From an uncultured Candidatus Saccharibacteria bacterium (GTDB lineage Bacteria; Patescibacteriota; Minisyncoccia; Phycocordibacterales; UBA2163), in contig CAZVGL010000001.1 in assembly GCA_964626705.1 (NCBI GenBank), positions 4,441 to 68,440 of the forward strand: 64,000 bases of DNA, in the 5' to 3' direction. Both the position numbers and the translations under genes were made by a program. Shown here in pieces: positions 29,012 through 38,598 of this stretch. The notes below the pieces were generated by a model. That model was not told the origin of the DNA, did not search any database, and saw only the letters and a program-made list of their open reading frames with translations. The stretch's first letter is position 1. Every line of letters begins with the position of its first letter.

Positions 29012-30388
29012 CTAACTTAGCATCATTCTTATCTGCTCCACCTCTTTTATAAGTAGGCTATCAACTTTCAGATCGTTTTTTATCTTTTCACATGAGTGAA
29101 TAACTGTAGTATGGTCTCGACCACCAAGCTTCTGACCTATAGTAGGGTATGAAACATTAAAATCTTCTCTCAGTATGTACATAATAAGTTGCCTTGGCTT
29201 CACAACTTCTTTAACACGTGTTTTTTTGTAAATAATATCTTCTTCAAGGTTATAAAAGTCTGCAACTTGTTTAATAACATCCTTTACAGAAACAGATTTC
29301 TTAGGTTTTACATTATTTTTTATAAGATTCTTCACATCACTTAAAGACAAGACTTTGTCTTTAAGTTGTGACTGACAGATGATGGAGTTTAGTATTCCTT
29401 CAAGCTCGCGTATGTTTCCATGAACGTTTGAAGCAAGGTAGTTTGTAACTTCATCGTCTATTATCAGCTTACTTTGTTGAGCTTTCGATTTTATAATAGC
29501 GATGCGAGATTCACTATCAGGAGACGGTATGTCTATTATCATACCTGAAGAAAACCTAGACTTTAAGCGGTCTTCTAGGTTTGGTATGAAGTTTGGGTGC
29601 TTGTCAGATGAAAATATAATCTGTTTATTGTTGTCATAAAGTGCATTAAAAAGATGGAATAGCTCTTCACGAGTTTTGTCCATTGTAGAGAGGAACTGGA
29701 TGTCATCTAGTATAAGCACATCGTATTTTCTATACTTTTCTTTAAAGAGTGTGTTGATCTTATTACTACGAAGAGCGCTTACGTAGTCCATAGCGAACTT
29801 TTCTGACGTAGTGTAAAACACTTTTGTGTCAGGGTTTCTTTTTTTAAGCTGATTCCCTATTGATTGGATAAGGTGTGTCTTACCGTGCCCAGTTCCACCA
29901 TAAATAAAAAGTGGATTGTAGACTATTCCCGGCTTTTCTACTACGGCTTGTGACGCAGCATGTGCAAGTTCGTTAAATGAACCTACGACAAATGTATCAA
30001 ATATGTATCTTGGGTTTAGATTGTCTTCTTTATTTATATAAAAATCATTCAAAGGTAGTTCTCTGTTTACACTTTGTTTTTCTTTTACGTCATCCCCCTT
30101 TTTTTCATCTTTTTTAACTATATATTCAAGTCCTCGTATACTTGGGACAAAATTTCTTAATATTTTTAGTATTGTTTTATGATATTTGTCAAAAAGCCAA
30201 CCTCTCGCGAACTCACTTTCTACACTTAAGTAGACTACATTGTCCTCTATTTTTATTATGTGTGTGTTTTTAAACCAAGTACTGAAATTTGCTTTAGATA
30301 TCTCAAGCTCTACATCAACGAGAGTGTTTTCCCAAAGTTCTTTTACATTAACTTCTTCTATTACATTATCGTTTATAGTTTCATTCAT
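29012..30388 (-). CDS. dnaA: Chromosomal replication initiator DnaA
   Basis: YNPLFIYGGTGHGKTHL, LDDIQF, RLKSRF, GNIRELEG, GGRDHTTVIH. Confidence 0.99.
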   Translation of the reverse strand: MNETINDNVIEEVNVKELWENTLVDVELEISKANFSTWFKNTHIIKIEDNVVYLSVESEFARGWLFDKYHKTILKILRNFVPSIRGLEYIVKKDEKKGDDVKEKQSVNRELPLNDFYINKEDNLNPRYIFDTFVVGSFNELAHAASQAVVEKPGIVYNPLFIYGGTGHGKTHLIQSIGNQLKKRNPDTKVFYTTSEKFAMDYVSALRSNKINTLFKEKYRKYDVLILDDIQFLSTMDKTREELFHLFNALYDNNKQIIFSSDKHPNFIPNLEDRLKSRFSSGMIIDIPSPDSESRIAIIKSKAQQSKLIIDDEVTNYLASNVHGNIRELEGILNSIICQSQLKDKVLSLSDVKNLIKNNVKPKKSVSVKDVIKQVADFYNLEEDIIYKKTRVKEVVKPRQLIMYILREDFNVSYPTIGQKLGGRDHTTVIHSCEKIKNDLKVDSLLIKEVEQIRMMLS

Positions 30389-30513
30389 AAATTTTTGAGA
30401 AAATTAAATATATTACACTTATTATATAGTTATAAGAAAATAATGTAACTTGATATTAAACGGAATATATGTTAATAAAGTGTTAACAACCTGTTAATAA
30501 CTTTAATAAAAAC

Positions 30514-30648
30514 ATGTCAAAAACATATCAACCAAAAGTAAGAAAGCGAGCAAAGACTCATGGGTTCTTAGTAAGAAAAAGAACTACAGGAGGTAGGAAT
30601 GTAGTTGCAAGAAGAAGAGCTAAGGGTAGGACTAAGCTTGCAGTATAA
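30514..30648 (+). CDS. rpmH: 50S ribosomal protein L34
   Basis: [44 protein letters not shown] (below ORF-track cutoff). Confidence 0.97.
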   Translation: MSKTYQPKVRKRAKTHGFLVRKRTTGGRNVVARRRAKGRTKLAV

Positions 30649-30653
30649 ATAGT

Positions 30654-30980
30654 GTGAAAATCAACATCAAACAATTATTTGGAGAGGTGTTGAAGAAAGG
30701 TAGAGGTTCTCACTCTCCACATATGTCAATAAAAGTGCTTTCAATGCCAGAAATAGGTAAAAGCGCCTTCTATTTCGTCGTTTCTGGGAAAATCATCAAA
30801 AAAGCAGTAAAACGTAACCTTTTTAAGCGCCGCGGGCGCCATATAACACGGTCTGAAAAAACAAAAGACGGCTACATAGCTATATTCTTCGCCAAAAAAG
30901 GCGCCGGAAACCTAGAACATTCTGATTATAAGGCAGAAATACTTGATTTAATGCAAAAAGCAAATATCTTAGCAAATTAA
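30654..30980 (+). CDS. rnpA: Ribonuclease P protein component
   Basis: [17 protein letters not shown]-like motif; follows rpmH. Confidence 0.9.
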   Translation: MKINIKQLFGEVLKKGRGSHSPHMSIKVLSMPEIGKSAFYFVVSGKIIKKAVKRNLFKRRGRHITRSEKTKDGYIAIFFAKKGAGNLEHSDYKAEILDLMQKANILAN

Positions 30981-31095
30981 ACTTGTGAGGGGTAAACCCT
31001 CACATATTATGTATTCATCGTATGGTATTTTATTGCCAGATTTGGTGATTTGTGTTATATTTAGGGTATATTTAAGCTTAATTTATATAAAAACT

Positions 31096-31674
31096 ATGTT
31101 AATTCCAACAGTTATAGAAAAATCACAATTTGGGGAAAGAGCTTTTGATATCTACTCTCGCCTACTTAAAGACAGAATAATCTTCCTTGCAGGCCCAATA
31201 GACGATAATGTCGCTAATATTATAATTGCCCAACTACTTTTTCTTGAGTCAGAAGACCCAAAGAAAGATATTCACCTATATATAAACTCACCTGGAGGCT
31301 ATATTCACTCAGGACTAGCTATTATGGACGCTATGAATCATGTAAAGCCAGATGTTTCTACTACATGTGTAGGTATAGCGGCTTCTATGGGTTCTGTACT
31401 ACTCTCAGCTGGTAAAAAAGGAAAGAGGTTTATACTTCCTCATGCTGAAGTGATGATACATCAACCTCTCGGTGGTGTGGAAGGTCAGGCATCTGATATC
31501 GAAATATCAGCAAAGCATATTCTTAAGCAAAAAGAGCTTATGAATAAGATTCTAGCTAAAAACACAGGTCATCCGTTAAAAGATATAGAAAAAGACGTGG
31601 ACCGAGACTATTATCTAGATGCTGAAGCAGCTAAGAAGTACGGTTTAGTAGATAAAATCTTAAAAACTAAATAA
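31096..31674 (+). CDS. clpP: ATP-dependent Clp protease proteolytic subunit
   Basis: [24 protein letters not shown]; start ATG 31096. Confidence 0.98.
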   Translation: MLIPTVIEKSQFGERAFDIYSRLLKDRIIFLAGPIDDNVANIIIAQLLFLESEDPKKDIHLYINSPGGYIHSGLAIMDAMNHVKPDVSTTCVGIAASMGSVLLSAGKKGKRFILPHAEVMIHQPLGGVEGQASDIEISAKHILKQKELMNKILAKNTGHPLKDIEKDVDRDYYLDAEAAKKYGLVDKILKTK

Positions 31675-31933
31675 ATTTATATATAAACAAAAAATACCCA
31701 GTTGTTCGTAAGCAACTGGGTATTTTTTTGCCTTTTTGCGAAAAATATGGTAAAGTGTTTATGTACAATTGATTAAAAATTTAAATTTGAAGTTTCGTTT
31801 CTTAATATCTAATCACCTTATGAAAGGTTTTGAAAGTCTAGTTTTACCTAAAAAATCTAATAATAGTAATAACTTAAGTTGTTTGAACACTTAAGGTGTT
31901 TATCTTATTAAGTGGTGAAGTTTCCACTTATAT

Positions 31934-33463
31934 ATGTCATTAAAAATAGTTTTAGTACTGCTATCTTTTGCAGGAGTGATCGGAATAGCTTTCGGTTATT
32001 TTTTGCGTTGGATCATTTCTCTCGGTAAGAAAGGTTCTATGGAGCTGGAGATCAAGCAAATGATGCTTGAAGCAAAAGAAGATGCAAAAAGGATAACAGC
32101 AGGTGCAGAACAAAAAGCAAAAGAGACACTACAAGAGCTTAAAGTTGAACTGAAAGAAAAAGGAGAGCAAACAAAGAAGAATGAAGACAGGCTTATTAAA
32201 AAAGAAGAGTTCTTAGACAAAAGACAGGTTGATATAGATAAAGAAGTAGAAGATGTTAAAAAGAAAATAGAAGAGATCAGGGGTATAAAAGAACGTGTCG
32301 ATGAGATGGATGCAAAAAAGAATATAGAACTTGAAAAGATTTCAAAACTTTCAACAGAACAAGCAAAAGAAGAAATATTGAAAGTTGCAGAAAAAGAATA
32401 CGAGGAAGATATCCTTACAAGAATACAGAAGATAGAAAACACAGGTAAAGAAAGACTTGAAAAGAAAGCAAGAGACATACTTACCTCTGCAATACATAGG
32501 TTTGGAAATGCAGTTCCTGCTGATGTAATGTCTACAAACATTACACTTCCGTCAGATGAGATAAAAGGAAAGATTATCGGTAAAGAAGGAAGAAACATTA
32601 AAGCGTTTGAAAAAGCAACAGGTGTGGATGTAATAATAGACGACACTCCTGGGGCTATAACTATATCTTCTTTTGACCCTGTAAGGCGTCAGATAGCTCG
32701 TGTAGCACTGGAAACACTTATAGTGGACGGACGAATACAACCAGCGAAGATAGAAGAGGTTGTGGAGAAGTCAAAAGAAGAAGTAAATAAAATAATAAAA
32801 GAAAAAGGAGAGCAAGCTGTGTTTGAAGTGGGTGTGTTTGGGCTTGACCCACGCGTCGTTTCTATCTTAGGGCGACTGTTCTTCCGTACAAGTTATGGGC
32901 AGAATGTTTTACAGCATTCTATAGAGATGGCACACATTGCAGGAATGCTCGCAGAAGAACTTGGGGCGGATGTAGCTGTTGCAAAAGCTGGTGCACTTTT
33001 ACACGACCTTGGAAAAGCTGTTGATCATGAAGTGCAAGGTACTCATGTTGAAATAGGAAGAAGGATTTTGCAGAAGTTTGGTTCGAATGAAAAAATAATA
33101 GAAGCTATGCAGTCTCACCACGAAGAGTATCCGTATGAAACAGTAGAGTCTATTATAGTGCAGGTCGCTGACAGTATTTCGGGTGGAAGGCCTGGTGCGC
33201 GTCGCGACTCTGTTGAAAACTATTTGAAACGACTTGAAGAGCTTGAAGCTATTGCAAACACACATAAGGGAGTTGAAAAATCTTATGCTATTCAAGCAGG
33301 ACGAGAGGTTCGTGTATTTGTAACGCCAGAAAAAGTAACAGACTTGGAAGCAAAAAACATGGCGAAAGATATTGCACATAAAATAGAAGAGGATTTGAAG
33401 TATCCGGGTGAAATAAAGGTTAATGTTATACGAGAATCTAGAAGTATTGAATACGCTAGATAA
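31934..33463 (+). CDS. rny: Ribonuclease Y
   Basis: TM + coiled coil, KH IIGKEGRNI, HD LLHDLGKA, RPGARR. Confidence 0.98.
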   Translation: MSLKIVLVLLSFAGVIGIAFGYFLRWIISLGKKGSMELEIKQMMLEAKEDAKRITAGAEQKAKETLQELKVELKEKGEQTKKNEDRLIKKEEFLDKRQVDIDKEVEDVKKKIEEIRGIKERVDEMDAKKNIELEKISKLSTEQAKEEILKVAEKEYEEDILTRIQKIENTGKERLEKKARDILTSAIHRFGNAVPADVMSTNITLPSDEIKGKIIGKEGRNIKAFEKATGVDVIIDDTPGAITISSFDPVRRQIARVALETLIVDGRIQPAKIEEVVEKSKEEVNKIIKEKGEQAVFEVGVFGLDPRVVSILGRLFFRTSYGQNVLQHSIEMAHIAGMLAEELGADVAVAKAGALLHDLGKAVDHEVQGTHVEIGRRILQKFGSNEKIIEAMQSHHEEYPYETVESIIVQVADSISGGRPGARRDSVENYLKRLEELEAIANTHKGVEKSYAIQAGREVRVFVTPEKVTDLEAKNMAKDIAHKIEEDLKYPGEIKVNVIRESRSIEYAR

Positions 33464-33470
33464 AACCTTC

Positions 33471-33530
33471 GCTCCTCAAGGTCTCACCTTCGCTTGAATG
33501 AAGTGGAGCGGAGGTGAGTCCTTGTGGAGC
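33471..33530. repeat. Family 1 element with two left ends in inverted orientation
   Basis: GCTCCTCAAGGTCTCACCT...AGGTGAGTCCTTGTGGAGC. Confidence 0.8.
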
Positions 33531-33653
33531 ATAAACAAGTTTTCCACACCTATTTCTAAGGGTATTGCTTAAATGGTGGCTTAATATATAATTATCCTAT
33601 AGTAATAAATCGGTCGAGTTTAGTAAGTACATAAATTCATACCATTACATATT

Positions 33654-33926
33654 ATGAACAAAGCAATAATTGCAGAAAAAGTTCACGAAATGCTTGGAGG
33701 TACAAAAGTTCAAGCAGAAAAAGCAGTTGATATGGTTGTAGATTCTATCGTAGAAGGCCTAAAAGGAGGAGATGAAGTATCTCTAGCAGGTCTTGGAATC
33801 TTCTCAACAAAGATGCGAGCAGCTCGTCAGGGACGAAACCCTCGTACAGGAGAGAGCATCCAGATCCAAGCTATGCGAATTCCTAAATTTAGAGCAGCAA
33901 AAGCTCTTAAGGACGCAGTAAAATAG
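33654..33926 (+). CDS. hup: DNA-binding protein HU
   Basis: MNKA, GLGIF, RAARQGRNPRTGE, PKFRAAKALKDAV. Confidence 0.97.
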   Translation: MNKAIIAEKVHEMLGGTKVQAEKAVDMVVDSIVEGLKGGDEVSLAGLGIFSTKMRAARQGRNPRTGESIQIQAMRIPKFRAAKALKDAVK

Positions 33927-33985
33927 TATTTTTCTCTAGAGGAAACAAAAAAACCCGCCATATGGCGGGTTTTTTTTGTTTGATG

Positions 33986-34056
33986 TGCGGGTAGGGGGAA
34001 TCGGACTCCCGTCTACTGCTTGGAAGGCAGTCGTTCTACCACTAAACTATACCCGC
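33986..34056 (-). tRNA. tRNA-Gly(UCC), CCA not encoded
   Basis: GCGGGTA acceptor, loop CTTCCAA, T-loop TCCGATT. Confidence 0.92.
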
Positions 34057-34127
34057 AATAGAATGAATAGTATCAAAAAATAAACAAAAAACAAACCCCA
34101 TCGCAAAGCGATGGGGTTTGTTTCTGA

Positions 34128-34226
34128 CTATGCTTCTGCTTCGTCAGTTGCTGGAGCTTCCTCTGCAGGAGCTTCAGTTGCTGCAGGAGTTTCTTCTACT
34201 CCTTCTGGTGTTGTATTCTCTTCCAT
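34128..34226 (-). CDS. Acidic Ala/Glu/Pro/Thr-rich 32-aa microprotein
   Basis: MEENTTPEGVEETPAATEAPAEEAPATDEAEA with own promoter and terminator. Confidence 0.55.
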   Translation of the reverse strand: MEENTTPEGVEETPAATEAPAEEAPATDEAEA

Positions 34227-34410
34227 AAAACTATTTTATTAAAGCTCAAATGTGCCTCTTGGACGTATTTAAACTTGCTTATAAACAAACAAAAACTCAG
34301 GAAAACCCAAGCTTCTATACTCAACAGTATACACGAATGGAAACATTTGTCAATACCCTGCAATGGTTATATGCCTTAGTCAATCTCTTGTGTATAATAT
34401 TAATATTGTT

Positions 34411-35568
34411 ATGAAATCAACTATCTATACTATTTTTATAGGTGTCATTGTCATGTTTTTTGCCCTGTTGCTTTATGTGCCAGACGAAACAGTTCTTGAT
34501 ACAGCTCAAGTGCAAGATTTAGGTGCGTCTGAGGTGGTAGTGGTAGAAGATGTTGAGGTTTCTGAGCTAGAACCTACCGAAGAAGAACCCGAAATACTTA
34601 TTGTCGAAGAGGAGGTGGAGGTAGTAGTGGATCTTCCAGCAGAAGTAGTTGTCGAACAGCCTATCGCACCAGAAGTTGAAGAGGTTGAAGAGAAAATAGA
34701 AGAATTACCGCAAGTGTCGTTCACAAAAATAAATGAAGTTACAAGAAAAGCTATTGTTAATATTTTTTGTACTACAAAAAGTGGTGGGTCTTTTAAACCA
34801 ACAACAGGAAGCGGGGTTATTATAGATGAGCGAGGTGTGATACTTACAAATGCACATGTTGCACAATATTTTTTATTGGAAAATTATTTAACTGAAGGTT
34901 TTATTAATTGTGTTATACGAACAGGCTCCCCTGCTATACCACTTTATAAAGCAAAACTTATTTTTATATCGCCGTCGTGGGTCAATGCAAATGCAAACAA
35001 TATTATACAGCAGTCTCCAAAAGGTACAGGTGAAGACGACTACGCATTGCTTCTGATAACAGAACGTACTGACCCCACTGCAGACCTTCCAGAAAGTTTT
35101 TCTTTTATTGAACCGCTTTATAATAGTGGAAGTATTGAAACCGGAGACGGTGTTCTACTTGCTGGTTATCCAGCAGGGTTTTTAAGTGGTATTACTATTG
35201 CTAAAAATCTTTATATAAGCTCGGCTATTACAAGCGTGATGGAGCTATTTACTTTTAGAGATGGTACATTAGACCTGTTTTCAATAGGCGGTTCTGTGGT
35301 GGCTCAACAGGGTTCTTCTGGGGGTGCTGTCGTAGATACAAACAACAGACTACTTGGCGTTATAGTTACAAGTTCTGTAGCAGATGCAACAGATGAACGT
35401 GATTTGCGCGCCATAACCATAGCTCATATAAACAGAAGTTTTGTGAAAGATACAGGTTTTGATCTGCAAACACTCTTTAGTGGTAATATGGAGGCCGAAG
35501 TAAATGCCTTTGAAGAAAACCTAGCACCTGCTCTTACACAGTTGTTAGCAGATGAGCTGGATAAATAA
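34411..35568 (+). CDS. Membrane-anchored trypsin-like serine protease
   Basis: Triad motifs LTNAHV, DDYALL, QGSSGG; acidic linker after TM. Confidence 0.88.
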   Translation: MKSTIYTIFIGVIVMFFALLLYVPDETVLDTAQVQDLGASEVVVVEDVEVSELEPTEEEPEILIVEEEVEVVVDLPAEVVVEQPIAPEVEEVEEKIEELPQVSFTKINEVTRKAIVNIFCTTKSGGSFKPTTGSGVIIDERGVILTNAHVAQYFLLENYLTEGFINCVIRTGSPAIPLYKAKLIFISPSWVNANANNIIQQSPKGTGEDDYALLLITERTDPTADLPESFSFIEPLYNSGSIETGDGVLLAGYPAGFLSGITIAKNLYISSAITSVMELFTFRDGTLDLFSIGGSVVAQQGSSGGAVVDTNNRLLGVIVTSSVADATDERDLRAITIAHINRSFVKDTGFDLQTLFSGNMEAEVNAFEENLAPALTQLLADELDK

Positions 35569-36627
35569 TTATTTAGCTACAAAAACTTTCTGAGTTGGGT
35601 AAGCAAACTCTATCCCCTCTTTTTCAAACATCTCTAGAAGTGCAAAGTTAAATCCTTCTTGCGCATCCATATAAATATTGTAATCATCTGTTGTTATAAG
35701 ATACACTACTTCAAAGTTTAGAGAAAAATCTCCAAGTTGTTTGAAATGAACTCTACTAAACTCTGTATTTTCTAAGTTATTAAAAATATTTTCTACTATT
35801 TGTTTAATCTTTTTTATTTTCTCTACTGGAGTCTCATAAAGTATTCCAAAAGAAGATACAACCCTTCTTTTTTCAAGTTTTTTGAAGTTTTGTACACGCG
35901 CACTTGTGAGCTCACTGTTTGAGATCACAATCTCTTCTCCTTGTAGTGCTCGTAGACGTGTTGTTTTAATACCGATCTTTTCTACAACTCCTGAATGAGC
36001 TCCTGCAACTATGAAATCCCCTATTTTGAATGGTTTATCAAAATAAATAGAGAATGAACTAAATACATCACCTAGAATATTCTGAAGTGCAAATGCTATA
36101 GCAACACCACCAATACCAAGTCCAGCTATTAATGATGTGATATCAATACCAAGATTTGAGAAAATAAGAAGAAGTCCAACTGCCCAAAGTATTATCTTTG
36201 ATATAAGTCCTATGTAGTTTATCGCTGACTTTGCACCAGCATCGTCTTCTTTTGCAAACTTTTTCTTAAGTATGTAATTAATAAGTATCTGAACCCCTGT
36301 TATGATTTGATACACCACCCACACAACTAACACACCTCCTATAATCTTCATTGTAAGCGCTCCTAGTGCAAGAAACTTCACTGCGAAGAAGAATGCTAAG
36401 AAATAGTAAAAAGCAGGCTTCAGGCTCTTTGTGATAGCTATTAGAGTGTCATCTAGGTCTGTCTTGGTGCTTTCCGCAAGTTTCCCTAGTCTTTTCAGGA
36501 TAAAATACTGAACAAGTTTGAAAACTATGAGTAATACTATGAATAGTCCGACAGCTTTAGCGTATTCAAGTAGTGAATTACCGAAATATACTGCGCTGAA
36601 ATTGATATTTGATATGAAATTAGTCAT
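35569..36627 (-). CDS. mscS: Small-conductance mechanosensitive channel
   Basis: AGLGIGGVAIAFALQ, DKPFKIGDFI, GIEFAYP. Confidence 0.95.
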   Translation of the reverse strand: MTNFISNINFSAVYFGNSLLEYAKAVGLFIVLLIVFKLVQYFILKRLGKLAESTKTDLDDTLIAITKSLKPAFYYFLAFFFAVKFLALGALTMKIIGGVLVVWVVYQIITGVQILINYILKKKFAKEDDAGAKSAINYIGLISKIILWAVGLLLIFSNLGIDITSLIAGLGIGGVAIAFALQNILGDVFSSFSIYFDKPFKIGDFIVAGAHSGVVEKIGIKTTRLRALQGEEIVISNSELTSARVQNFKKLEKRRVVSSFGILYETPVEKIKKIKQIVENIFNNLENTEFSRVHFKQLGDFSLNFEVVYLITTDDYNIYMDAQEGFNFALLEMFEKEGIEFAYPTQKVFVAK

Positions 36628-36846
36628 TTTTTGTATGGTTATTATTATGTATTATTGACATATCTTATAATATATTGCTTTATTATGCAAATCCCCTACT
36701 CATCATTTATCTGTAAAGCTATTGACATGGTATAAGGGTATGTGATATGGTGTTAGCTTCGTAGTACATTACAGTTGAATATTACATAAGCCCGCCACGA
36801 CCACAATTCTATATTTTCTTATAATTGTTAAAAAGGAGTTGGTTTT

Positions 36847-37383
36847 ATGGAAACAGGTTTAAAAAAAGGATTATTGACACATGGTTTTAATAATGATTTG
36901 GAAGAAAGTCTTAAAACAATTCTGAGTGAATATGGCATACCTATTACATCTAACAACTCTTTTGGCGAAACCCTAAAGGCAATAGACACGAATTCGTTAA
37001 GCTTTAACGGTTTAATAATTAATGCCAAAGACCTTCCGATCGATGCTATAGGTACAGAACTTCACAAATCTATTTCTGGAATGACTGGGTTAATCCAGGA
37101 AGCTTTGAGTAAGAAGTTGCCGGTGATCATAGTTAGTCGTACGGGTGATAATTATTTTATCACTTTGAACGGCACTCTTATGACGGTTTCCGATGATCTC
37201 AGGAAAAATGTTACCATGGGTCTTACCAAAGAAATCCTTACAAAAGAAGATCTTGCAGACCTGTTCATCAGGAGTGCAGAAAAGACTTCTTTTGTAGATA
37301 AAGCTTGGGATTTCGAACCTATCAGTGCTTCCGACACCTTAGAAAAGATTGAGGATAAGAAGACAGAAAAGTCACTGGCTTAA
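36847..37383 (+). CDS. Hypothetical protein, possibly a degenerate receiver-like domain
   Basis: GLIINAKDLP...GMTGLIQEALSKKLPVIIVS; AAAGGAG SD; TTGACA at 36722. Confidence 0.45.
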   Translation: METGLKKGLLTHGFNNDLEESLKTILSEYGIPITSNNSFGETLKAIDTNSLSFNGLIINAKDLPIDAIGTELHKSISGMTGLIQEALSKKLPVIIVSRTGDNYFITLNGTLMTVSDDLRKNVTMGLTKEILTKEDLADLFIRSAEKTSFVDKAWDFEPISASDTLEKIEDKKTEKSLA

Positions 37384-37542
37384 CTCAGTTTCTGTTGTAG
37401 ATTGTAAATTAGTAGATGGTTAAATTTAATTCGTTTATAATTTATTGTTTCATCTTTAAAAATGGCTGTGGCGGCTTATGTAATTGTAGTTATTGTCCTG
37501 GGGATTCCGTATGAATTCCTAGGGCTTTTGTTTTGTAAAAAT

Positions 37543-37613
37543 TCGGGGAGCCGAGAATCGAACTCGGGCCGCTCGGTCCCAAACCGAGTACACTACCACT
37601 ATGCTACACCCCG
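37543..37613 (-). tRNA. tRNA-Pro(UGG), CCA not encoded
   Basis: CGGGGTG acceptor, CTCGG-TTTGGGA-CCGAG anticodon arm, TTCGATT. Confidence 0.93.
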
Positions 37614-37664
37614 TATAATGTTTCTTAGTATAAGTTATTTACGTAATAAACTCAACATTTTGTC

Positions 37665-38063
37665 CTATATAACTATATCTTCTAAAAACTGAACCTTTGC
37701 TTTTTTATTAGACATATCAAGATATATCGCTATTACATCAAACTGCCAATCCGTATCGTCACTTCCCTTTTCTAATAAATACGTTTGAATAGTCCTAGAT
37801 AAACGCTTTAGTTTCCATGGATGTATATTATCTTCTGGTCTGTAGGAGTCTGTTTCATATGGAACGTTATCTAATGTTACACATGAAACAGTTTTAACTT
37901 CTATAAACCGTAAAATCCCCTCTTTCTTTGCAATTATGTCTATTTCTCCCCATTTTTTCCAGTAATTCCTCTCAACTATCTCAAATCCATGTTTCATAAG
38001 AAACCTACAAGACACATTTTCACCAATTTCCCCCACTTTTTGCTTATCTGTTTTGGTTCCCAT
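37665..38063 (-). CDS. yraN: YraN-family (UPF0102) nuclease
   Basis: GEIGE, IVERNY, GEIDII, FIEVK, FDVIAI. Confidence 0.93.
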   Translation of the reverse strand: MGTKTDKQKVGEIGENVSCRFLMKHGFEIVERNYWKKWGEIDIIAKKEGILRFIEVKTVSCVTLDNVPYETDSYRPEDNIHPWKLKRLSRTIQTYLLEKGSDDTDWQFDVIAIYLDMSNKKAKVQFLEDIVI

Positions 38064-38264
38064 AGATTTATTCTATCAGATGTTACATATGAAACATAAA
38101 TTATTTATTTAATAATGTTTCACGTGAAACGTTATTAAATACAGTAATAATGTCTATTAAATGACCTTTTAGTTCAATATAGCCTTGGTATAAGCCATAT
38201 TTTGTAAAAAGACATGAAAATTGTTTAATAGCCACTTTTGTCCGTTATGCACATGTCCCCAGTT

Positions 38265-38284
38265 TTATCCACAGTTATACACAT
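38265..38284 (+). promoter_or_regulatory. Two tandem consensus DnaA boxes
   Basis: TTATCCACA G TTATACACA. Confidence 0.65.
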
Positions 38285-38346
38285 AAATGTGTATATTCTT
38301 ACTTAAATTTAAAAGACTTAAAGTACAGACTGTTAAGGACTTTTAT

Positions 38347-38420
38347 TGGTGCGGATAGAGAGAATCGAACTCTCGTTTCATCCTTGGCAAGGACGTGTTC
38401 TACCACTAAACTATACCCGC
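38347..38420 (-). tRNA. tRNA-Gly(GCC), CCA encoded
   Basis: GCGGGTA acceptor, loop TTGCCAA, ends CCGC-A-CCA. Confidence 0.94.
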
Positions 38421-38464
38421 AATATGTTCATTATATATTTTTTATTGTCTTATTCCAAATATTG

Positions 38465-38536
38465 TGCACCCGCCAGGATTCGAACCTGGAACAGCCGCTT
38501 CGAAGGCGGATATGATATCCGTTTCACTACGGGTGC
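38465..38536 (-). tRNA. tRNA-Arg(UCG), CCA not encoded
   Basis: GCACCCG acceptor, loop CTTCGAA, GGTTCGAATCC. Confidence 0.93.
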
Positions 38537-38598
38537 ATATCAAGATATTATATAGTATTTAATAGCAAAAACATAGAATCTATAATAAAATAGAACTA

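Noticed and set aside
31760-31933. 6S RNA or riboswitch in the long rny leader
   Set aside because: Only short AT-rich local hairpins; no rod with central bubble or recognisable aptamer
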